From Vibrio vulnificus CMCP6 (GTDB taxonomy: Bacteria; Pseudomonadota; Gammaproteobacteria; Enterobacterales; Vibrionaceae), in assembly GCF_000039765.1 (NCBI RefSeq), contig NC_004459.3, positions 360,001 through 392,000 on the forward strand: DNA of 32,000 bases. The letters run 5' to 3'. Below the pieces are notes generated by a model. The model had not been told where the DNA came from and ran no database searches. It saw only the letters and a program-made list of their open reading frames with translations. Below, piece by piece: positions 15,640 through 23,289 of this stretch (the stretch's first letter is position 1; each line of letters begins with the position of its first letter). The translations under genes and the position numbers were made by a program.

Positions 15640-18201
15640 CTAAATGATGCGGCATTTGCCATTTTCTAAGTCGTTTATGAATTTTTTGTACTTACCAACT
15701 TCGGTAGTATCATTTTCAATGTATAGAACGGAAATTAACTCATTTCTTTTATATTTTCGTTCATGAATCACCTGTTTAATAGGTGTATTTTTAATTATGA
15801 TACCTTTAACGTTTTTTCGTATATTGTCTACTTCTTTCATATTAAGCCTAGCATGAGCAACGTTCTCAACGGTTATTTTATCTAGTAGATTATCGAGTTC
15901 TTTAGCTAGTGATACCTTTTTATCAGTATTTTTTGAACGAATCATTCTAATGTACATTATTCTTATAAGAATGACCTTAGTTGAGGTTGATGAGAGAACA
16001 TCTAGGCTATGAACTAAGTCTGATAGCGATATTGCTTGTTCATCTTTACCTTCATCATATAGTCTTATTATTTCACGTTCAAAAATCTCAGCATCGATTA
16101 TTTCTGGTGTTGAGCTATAATTTTGAATACCTTGAAAGTATAAAGACCTTGCTTCTTCATTCTGTGGTTCCAAATATGTAGAAAACTTATTGCACAAAAA
16201 TTCAAATTCAGGGTCTATAATTTCTCTATCTAATGATTTAATAAAGTTTAACGTAGATATCCACCTTTCCTTTTTAGACTTATTTTGTAAATCAAGCACA
16301 AGACACATGATTAAGTTGTGGAAAAAGTCAATATTTAGTGATTCTGATTGTTCAATTATTTTTTGTATACATTTTAGATATTCCAAAAATCTATCATCAT
16401 CAAGACATTGAGATAGGTTTATAAAAGATTTTATATGAGTGTCTTTCAATAGGTATGGGTTGGAATTTTTATTGGAAGTGTGGATTTTTTCACTCTCATT
16501 AACCTTTAGGAATATAGAATCCCAAAATAAATCACAGTCTTCATCTTTTTCATATCGCATAATAGAAGGAACTATAACATCCAGTCCAACAGCATACTGA
16601 CATGCACTATCTATATGCCGTTCAGAATTCATATTATCTAGCTCTTGAAGAATCATACTTGCAATATATAATACTTCCATAATTGAATTCTTTATATCAA
16701 TTAAAGGTTCATTTTCAACTGATATAGATAATTCTTGAATTATTGATTTACAAAGTCGTATTATTTCATCGGTATGATTATTATTAGACTTTAACAGAGC
16801 TAGACAATAATCTACTGTTGCTCGATACTTCAATGAATCTAGCTCTTCGCCACTAACTAAAATTGATAGCTCTTCGATAGCTGGCTCTATAGAGTTTGTT
16901 TTAAAAAAACTAAACCCAAGCATCCAAGAAACTTCTCTTTGATCTATTTTTTCTACGTCTTTTAATAACTTGCAATACTTAATAGTATCAGTATATTTAG
17001 CATTAAATAGCGTACAAGCAGCTAGCTTGTAACGAATAAAATCCAACATTTCATCGTTGATTTCAGACTCAATTAATGTCAGAAACTGCTTTTCAGCGGC
17101 TATATATTCTTTTTTATTGAATAGTTCTAGTGTTGAGTCAATAGATACATAACTATTTAGACTTAGACTACTTAACCAGGTTTCAGATAGACTTGCTTCA
17201 ACTACTCTATTTTTAAATGCTACAGATTCGTCAGCTTCAGATGGAGCAGCAATGCCCGCTAAATATAACTTAGACCTTATGTGATCGGATACTGGTTTAT
17301 TGTAGTGCATTGAAAATAAACCACTTTGTAAATCTTTATCAGCAGATGCAAGAACTCTTATATGATCTATTGGTGGTCGATCATAATTTGAAAGATATAG
17401 GTCTTTTATTACAGAGTTAATTGAATCAACATCAATATTTATACCAGCTTTTACCTTGTCTTCTATAGTAGATAAAACTTCCCATGACATTCTAGGATTC
17501 CCCTGAATCCAATAATAAATACGCTCAATGACAATATCGTTCAGTTCTAATTTTGACTTCTCGACAAATAAACGAAACTCGCTAAGGCTAAAATCAGTTA
17601 AGAATATTTTCTGACCAATGTTAAATGGTGATATAGATTTATCTTTTATTATCTCACTTGGTTCGGCAACACCAGATATTACATATGTTAAACGCTTTAA
17701 CTCTGGGAAGTTTACTCGCTCGAAATATACACTTCTAATATGTGCGAATATTTTATCAGAGTAATCTGATGAAGTAAGGGAATCAATTTCATCAAGGTTG
17801 ATAATTAGTTTTCCAGAAATTTTATTTAGTATCTTTCTTATTTCAAATCCATGTTCTTTATGTGATGGTATTTTTCTGTTGTTTCTTCTGTTTTCTATTT
17901 CTTCTTCTATATCTTCCAATTTCTCATAGTTAGATTCAATGATTGTGTCTATTATACTTCTAAAACACTCTCTTGCTGTATCAAAACGATTAGATAGATC
18001 TATATAAGCAAAGATATCATTCTCAGTTTCAAGTTTTCTTTTTGTATGGATTAATAAATTTGTTTTACCCATTTGTCTAGATACTAGTATGTATCCAGGT
18101 CTCCCCATATCATTGACTATTTGCTCAATCTGCCTATCTGCGTCTCGTTCTATATATAATTCTCTAGGAATTATTGTTTCTGATATTAATTTTTTAGTCA
18201 T
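15640..18201 (-). CDS. STAND-type ATPase with AAA_35-like N-terminal NTPase domain and long helical (TPR-like) C-terminal region, 853 aa
   Basis: GYILVSRQMGKTNLL (Walker A, Lys46). LIINLDEIDSL (Walker B). SPFNIGQKIFLTDFSLSEF and YYWIQGNPRMS match the PF14516 AAA-like signature (RQMGKTSL / SPFNIG / L.DF..E / GhPyL) as I remember it. The remaining ~600 aa is Leu/Ile/Glu/Lys-rich and repeat-like. Confidence 0.8.
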   Translation of the reverse strand: MTKKLISETIIPRELYIERDADRQIEQIVNDMGRPGYILVSRQMGKTNLLIHTKRKLETENDIFAYIDLSNRFDTARECFRSIIDTIIESNYEKLEDIEEEIENRRNNRKIPSHKEHGFEIRKILNKISGKLIINLDEIDSLTSSDYSDKIFAHIRSVYFERVNFPELKRLTYVISGVAEPSEIIKDKSISPFNIGQKIFLTDFSLSEFRLFVEKSKLELNDIVIERIYYWIQGNPRMSWEVLSTIEDKVKAGINIDVDSINSVIKDLYLSNYDRPPIDHIRVLASADKDLQSGLFSMHYNKPVSDHIRSKLYLAGIAAPSEADESVAFKNRVVEASLSETWLSSLSLNSYVSIDSTLELFNKKEYIAAEKQFLTLIESEINDEMLDFIRYKLAACTLFNAKYTDTIKYCKLLKDVEKIDQREVSWMLGFSFFKTNSIEPAIEELSILVSGEELDSLKYRATVDYCLALLKSNNNHTDEIIRLCKSIIQELSISVENEPLIDIKNSIMEVLYIASMILQELDNMNSERHIDSACQYAVGLDVIVPSIMRYEKDEDCDLFWDSIFLKVNESEKIHTSNKNSNPYLLKDTHIKSFINLSQCLDDDRFLEYLKCIQKIIEQSESLNIDFFHNLIMCLVLDLQNKSKKERWISTLNFIKSLDREIIDPEFEFLCNKFSTYLEPQNEEARSLYFQGIQNYSSTPEIIDAEIFEREIIRLYDEGKDEQAISLSDLVHSLDVLSSTSTKVILIRIMYIRMIRSKNTDKKVSLAKELDNLLDKITVENVAHARLNMKEVDNIRKNVKGIIIKNTPIKQVIHERKYKRNELISVLYIENDTTEVGKYKKFINDLENGKCRII

Positions 18202-19721
18202 GATCTAGCCTTTAAAATGTCTAATGACTCACGATAGTGGCTTTTTAACTTCCTAGGTGAACCTTCTATAAGTTCAATATCAACATTAGGTAGGTTATCA
18301 ATATTCAAGTGTCTGTTTATTATATTGTCTAATTCAATTAGATCTTCTTTATTCCAGTAACCAAGAGAGAATATACTAAAGTTGTCTGATATCTTTTCAA
18401 ACTCCGTTCCAACTAGAGAGTCAGGCTCAAATATAGAAGATAATACTAGTTTGAAATTTTTAATTTCTTTTAATTTTACCAATATAGAATAGATGCATTG
18501 CGAAAATTCTTTAAACGCACAATGATCACTGATTGGTATTTCCTCAATGAATAAAACAAAACTATCAGATTTACATTTGTCTCGTATGATTAACTCTATA
18601 TTATTTAAAATTACAGATATTCGTTCAGACTCATTGATTATGACATTTTCATCGAGATCGTAGGCAATACTTGTAAACATTTGTTGAATGTTTTCATTTA
18701 TAGATGTACCTAAAGAAATATATTGAAAGTCAACTCCGTTTTTGAATAACAGTCTTTGAATAATAGCAGTTTTTCCAACACCAGATGGGCCACAAATCCA
18801 TAGTCCTGATAATCTGAATTTATTTAAAACTATTTGGTCTACATCTCTATGTAGGTAGAAATTTTCTTGATTAGGGGTATATAAATCGAAAAGGACATCT
18901 TCCTTGGAGTCATCTGTTTTTGCTGATGAACTTGTTAACTTTATTTTGCAGAAGTCATTTCTTTCAATAAAACCCCAGAGTGCTTTGTGTGATTGGCTAT
19001 CTTCATTTTCTGGCTTTACGATAGATGAATGATCTGTTCCTGCTATAAGTTTAGCTTTACCAAAGTAGCGTGCGGCTGACTCCTTGGATACAACTCGGTG
19101 TTTTGAATGATTTAACAAGGTCAAATGAAAAGGAGACCTATTTTCATAGCACTCTAAACCGACAATATCAAGCTTAGATGATTGCAATAACTCTTTAAAT
19201 CTACCATCAAGATCATCTAATAATGCACTTCCCCAAGCTAGTTCTTGAGCTAGTTGGTTTTTGAATCGTTTTGCAATCCAACCGAAGCTAGATGCCATCC
19301 GTGAGCCAAAAGAAGGAGATGCATATAGTGCCAATCCAATTTTCTTTCCAACAAATTTGTCTGATTTTGACTCTAAAATATACCTTGCAATTATTCCACC
19401 AGTACTGTGAGTTACGAAAATGATATTACTTTTACTTAGAGCTGGACTTCTCATGTGTTTGTCGGTTTGGCTAATGTGATCCCAAACTTCGTCTGAGCAG
19501 TTTTGAACTCCATAATCATTTGAGTCTATTGATGTATAAAAGTTGGCTAGAAATATATCAATTCCATTAAATCTAGGATCGCTTGCGATTAAGTCAGGCC
19601 AGTAGCGCTGATTCTTATCGTTGAACCAGCATTTTTTACTACTAGAAAATAATCCATGGATAAATATTATGACAGTGTTACTGTTTGAGTACCTTAACCA
19701 ACCATTTTCTTGGACGTTCAA
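18198..19721 (-). CDS. Alpha/beta-hydrolase (DUF676/lipase-like) fused to a P-loop NTPase, 507 aa, TTG start
   Basis: VIIFIHGL (oxyanion region). FVTHSTGG nucleophile elbow (Ser106). GTDHSSIV (His231). Then GPSGVGKT (Walker A, 311-318) and FVLFIEEI (Walker B-like). The stop overlaps the next gene's start (ATGA at 18198-18201). Confidence 0.8.
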   Translation of the reverse strand: MNVQENGWLRYSNSNTVIIFIHGLFSSSKKCWFNDKNQRYWPDLIASDPRFNGIDIFLANFYTSIDSNDYGVQNCSDEVWDHISQTDKHMRSPALSKSNIIFVTHSTGGIIARYILESKSDKFVGKKIGLALYASPSFGSRMASSFGWIAKRFKNQLAQELAWGSALLDDLDGRFKELLQSSKLDIVGLECYENRSPFHLTLLNHSKHRVVSKESAARYFGKAKLIAGTDHSSIVKPENEDSQSHKALWGFIERNDFCKIKLTSSSAKTDDSKEDVLFDLYTPNQENFYLHRDVDQIVLNKFRLSGLWICGPSGVGKTAIIQRLLFKNGVDFQYISLGTSINENIQQMFTSIAYDLDENVIINESERISVILNNIELIIRDKCKSDSFVLFIEEIPISDHCAFKEFSQCIYSILVKLKEIKNFKLVLSSIFEPDSLVGTEFEKISDNFSIFSLGYWNKEDLIELDNIINRHLNIDNLPNVDIELIEGSPRKLKSHYRESLDILKARS

Positions 19722-19846
19722 AATATGCCTTAAAGCTTTGATTTTTAATTATGATACAGCGCTCGCATCAATAAAATCAATAAACAGTGTCAGTCCTGTT
19801 TAACAATTCTTAAATTTCATTATTTAAGGAAAAATGCGTTAGGTCA

Positions 19847-20345
19847 TCAAGATTCCACTCTAATCGCTCTATGTAGGGCTGTAACACCCCTGTCAAAATC
19901 CTTACCATATCTATCAAAAACAATTGAGCCATTCTCACGCCCAACATTGCCCTGTACAAAGCAGCTCTCAACGGTGGAGTCTTGCTTTAAGTAGCTGATA
20001 AAATTATGTAAAAAAAATAAAAGTCATGCCCCTTGTCAAAACTAAGATTTGATTTAAATAGAGCAAACCAATTCGAAGCGTTACCACCTAATCCATTTGT
20101 TTTCTGCATAGAGTAGTTCTGGGAAAATTCCCTCTTCATTTGATGCCACATAATCTAAAAAGCCTAATTCGATTAGCTTTGAATGGATTGGGACTAAACG
20201 TCTAGCTGAATCATTTTCTAGTCTCTGGCCTTCAAGAGTGTCAGAGAAGCTAAGACAGCAAATATTGTCGTCTTTTTGTATGTCTGTACAGTGATGCTGT
20301 GCTAGCTTATTGAGTCTTGCACCAGAGAGTTCTCTCTGAAATTAG
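19847..20345 (-). pseudogene. Tyrosine recombinase (phage-type integrase) remnant, C-terminal catalytic domain only, at least 2 frameshifts
   Basis: Minus-strand frames read SGARLNKLAQHHCTDI..SARRLVPIHSKLIELGFLDYV..IFPELLY, then GGNASNWFALFKSNLSFDKGH, then FLHNFISYLKQDSTVESCFVQGNVGRENGSIVFDRYGKDF. This is the R..(VPIH)..HxxR..Y integrase pattern, with stops between segments and substitutions at catalytic positions (HNF instead of RHTF; GR instead of GH). Confidence 0.75.
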
Positions 20346-20526
20346 ATTTTATAGTCTTTATTATTGCAGGTAAGTAGATAAGTACTCGACAAGTAAACTG
20401 AAGGTTTTCGGAATCTCTTTTGCGCCCCCTAAGATAAAGATACTTTTAACCGTCGATTTCGAATAACTTTTTGTAGGGCAATTGCACATTAACAAGATAT
20501 TAATGAGTAATAGCACTAAGCAGAAA

Positions 20527-21691
20527 TGGGGCAAAGGTGTGTTTGCTATGATCGGCATGCTTTGCGAAATTAAGTGGCACTGATTTGAGATTAACTACCC
20601 CATTCCCACGCATGGGAATCAGTCAGAATCGGCATACTCAATGAAACCGAGAGTCGCTGATGTGAAGTTGACTCCCCCATTCCCATGCATGGGAATCAAC
20701 CTAGATCGGCATCGTCAGTGGAAACCTGTGCCGCTGATGTGAAGTTGACTACTCCATTCCCACGTATGGGAACCAACCTAGATCGTTATGGTCAACGAAA
20801 TCCAGTGCCGCTGATTTGAAGTTGGCTACTCCATTCCCACGCATGGGAATCAGTCAGAATCGGCAGGTCAATAAAATCGAGAGCCGCTGATGTGAAGTTG
20901 ACTACCCTATTCCCACGCATGGGAATCAGTCAGAATCGACAGGTCAATGAAATCGAGAGCCGCTGATGTGAAGTTGACTCCCCCATTCCCATGCATGGGA
21001 ATCAACCTAGATCGGCATCGTCAGTGGAAACCTGTGCCGCTGATGTGAAGTTGACTACTCCATTCCCACGTATGGGAATCAACCTAGATCGTTATGGTCA
21101 ACGAAATCCAGTGCCGCTGATTTGAAGTTGGCTACTCCATTCCCACGCATGGGAATCAGTCAGAATCGGCAGGTCAATAAAATCGAGAGCCGCTGATGTG
21201 AAGTTGACTACCCTATTCCCACGCATGGGAATCAACCTAGATCGGTATCGTCAGTGAAAACCAGTGCCACTGATTTGAGTTAGTTACTCTATTCCCACGC
21301 ATGGGAATCAGTCAGAATCGACAGGTCAATGAAATCGAGAGCCGCTGATGTGAAGTTGACTCCCCCATTCCCATGCATGGGAATCAACCTAGATCGGCAT
21401 CGTCAGTGAAAACCAGTGCCACTGATTTGAAGTTGGCTACTCCATTCCCACGCATGGGAATCAGTCAGAATCGGCAGGTCAATGAAATCGAGAGTCGCTG
21501 ATGTGAAGTTGACTACCCCATTCCCACGCATGGGAATCAGCCATGTTCGGCATACTCAATGAAATCCAGTGCCGCTGATGTGAAGTTGACTCCCCCATTC
21601 TCACGCATGGGAATCAACCTAGATCGTTATGGTTAACGAAATCAAGTGCCGCTGATTTGAAGTTAGCTGCTCTATTCCCACGTATGGGATT
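20527..21691 (+). repeat. Leader (20527-20601) plus tandem array of 15 hairpin-bearing 76-77 bp units
   Basis: Hairpins ATTCCCA-YGYA-TGGGAAT start at 20602, 20679, 20756, 20833, 20909, 20985, 21062, 21139, 21215, 21291, 21367, 21444, 21520, 21597 and 21674. The conserved block is CGCTGATKTGAAGTTGRCT. 20679-20928 is repeated at 20985-21234 with one mismatch. Confidence 0.95.
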
Positions 21692-21927
21692 GCTTTATTC
21701 TAGGTTATTCATATTACTGTTGCGCTGTAAAAGCCTACACCTTTAAATTCAACTCGAATGTAAACTGTAAATTATAGATAAAAAGTAACACCACTACCTT
21801 TCATTAAATTATTATTCAATATAACACATTACATTATTGCCACATGGCAAAGAAATATATCATTAAAACAAATCAACAATAGCCCCTCACTACCACACTA
21901 AAAACAAGAAACATAAAGCATTAAAAC

Positions 21928-21956
21928 TTGAAAGACTTAGATAGATAAGCTATAAA
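21928..21956 (+). promoter_or_regulatory. Candidate sigma70 promoter TTGAAA-17-TATAAA
   Basis: Read directly; about 30 nt upstream of ATG 21987. Confidence 0.45.
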
Positions 21957-21986
21957 ATAAAAACCAACTCATAAATACTTATAATC

Positions 21987-22697
21987 ATGAACAATAAAGT
22001 TAAAGATATCATTGATAATATATTAAAAAACATTTTCAACCATTTAGCGACAAGAAATTCATTCACTCTTTACTACAATGAAGTTTTTCAAGAGTTAGAA
22101 ATATCACTTGCTCAAGATATACCTAACCCCAACATCTCTTATCCCGCAATTAACTCAATATACTTAACAGAACACTGGCAAAACAAAGGAGTTTTGAACT
22201 ATTTAGTAGAGCGGTTACTTGAGCTAGAGTGGGTAAATGGTGTTGCAATTCAATCAATAACCAACCCAATTTTAGGAATGAGCTTGCTACACAACCCCAA
22301 ATGGATTCCGATTATAAATACTAACCAGTTTCATCGGCTGGATCGAATTATCCCGCTCGTGAGAGATAATAAAGAATACTACGATTTATTTTTACAAACA
22401 TTCGAAAAGAAAAGGCCTGCATTCAGTACATTAGATCTATCTATACTAAAAGAAAGTTATATAAGAGTTACTAGTAGAAAAGAAACAGACATACCGTATC
22501 TAACAGATGACCAACTATGTGGATTCGCTCCAGAATATGATGGTACTTCGCTAATAAAACTACCAGAGTGTCATTATAATAATTATAAAAATCAAATCAC
22601 AGCATTAGCTGAAAATCACGGTATATCAGCGCATCACTACATCGGTATGTCTAAATTTTTTGATAGTTTTATAACTTTAAAAAACCCACGTAGTTAA
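21987..22697 (+). CDS. Hypothetical protein (236 aa), no recognisable motif
   Basis: Single ORF lying between the array end and the solitary hairpin at 22828. Very AT-rich. Confidence 0.6.
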   Translation: MNNKVKDIIDNILKNIFNHLATRNSFTLYYNEVFQELEISLAQDIPNPNISYPAINSIYLTEHWQNKGVLNYLVERLLELEWVNGVAIQSITNPILGMSLLHNPKWIPIINTNQFHRLDRIIPLVRDNKEYYDLFLQTFEKKRPAFSTLDLSILKESYIRVTSRKETDIPYLTDDQLCGFAPEYDGTSLIKLPECHYNNYKNQITALAENHGISAHHYIGMSKFFDSFITLKNPRS

Positions 22698-22827
22698 ACT
22701 ATGTTATAAAAAAGTAAAAACGAATAAAACTCACCTTATTTAAGGCATTAACATTTCGTATAAGTAACGCAATATCAGTTGAGATCACTTCCGATTTTAG
22801 GAATGGCAATTACAGCTAGCTAGTTCA

Positions 22828-22845
22828 TTCCCATGCATGGGAATG
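22828..22845. repeat. Solitary hairpin ATTCCCATGCATGGGAAT with left half-unit only
   Basis: Identical to the array B-type hairpin. The left flank ccgattttag..gctagctagttc loosely matches the unit's ctgatttgaagttggctactcc. The right flank GGCTTATTC resembles the array's terminal flank TGCTTTATTC (21692). Confidence 0.75.
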
Positions 22846-22994
22846 GCTTATTCAATATGTGTCGGTTTGTATGTGCGAAACAGAGCCAAAACCTAAACAT
22901 TAACCCGAAACAGAAACTTAAGGTCACTAGGACTGTAACTTCCTTCTAGCGCACGGCTCAGAAACAGTATTCACAAGCCTATGTTTAGAAAACA

Positions 22995-23015
22995 AACAGC
23001 CCCAATGAGGCTGTT
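22995..23015. terminator. Possible bidirectional terminator hairpin
   Basis: AACAGCC-CCAATGA-GGCTGTT. T-rich on the minus-strand side (TGTTTTCT), weak on the plus side. Confidence 0.4.
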
Positions 23016-23289
23016 TGTCATCTAAGGAGATAACATTGTAAGACCTAAGCGATGGCTAGAGCTGAAGAAGCCTTGAAAGATTGCTCTGTCAGTTCTGCCC
23101 CCAAGTTACTTAGAGTAGATGCTCTTTACTCAACCTATAAATACTTAGTGACCGACGTTTTCTAATGTAAGATTTTAAATTTAATTCGGTCACCGATAAG
23201 CCTAAATGGGCCACAAAAGCAAGGCCTGATTTTGTCTTGTTTGTTACCACTCCTTGGGAGTATCTTAGCGGTGGATTGGAACTCTTATG

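Noticed and set aside
20361-20558. 65-aa minus-strand ORF.
   Set aside because: It spans the array leader and integrase-remnant DNA, so it is most likely a chance ORF or part of the decayed integrase.
20563-21691. CRISPR array (regular ~77 bp period with a palindromic repeat).
   Set aside because: The inter-hairpin segments are homologous to one another (3-4 subtypes of one sequence) and recur identically, so they are not spacers. The whole 77-bp unit is the repeat, and no cas genes are in the window.
20527-22697. Type III toxin-antitoxin system (ToxI-like tandem RNA repeats preceding a toxin gene).
   Set aside because: The 236-aa ORF is about 300 bp downstream and has its own promoter-like TTGAAA-17-TATAAA. 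The units are twice the usual ToxI-type length. The same unit also occurs singly at unrelated breakpoints.
19847-22845. Classical integron (intI plus attI plus attC cassettes).
   Set aside because: The recombinase remnant resembles phage/island integrases, not IntI. The R''/R' look-alikes (GGTCAAY / GTTGRCT) miss the consensus. Fourteen consecutive empty 77-bp cassettes would be unprecedented. The idea is kept only as an analogy.
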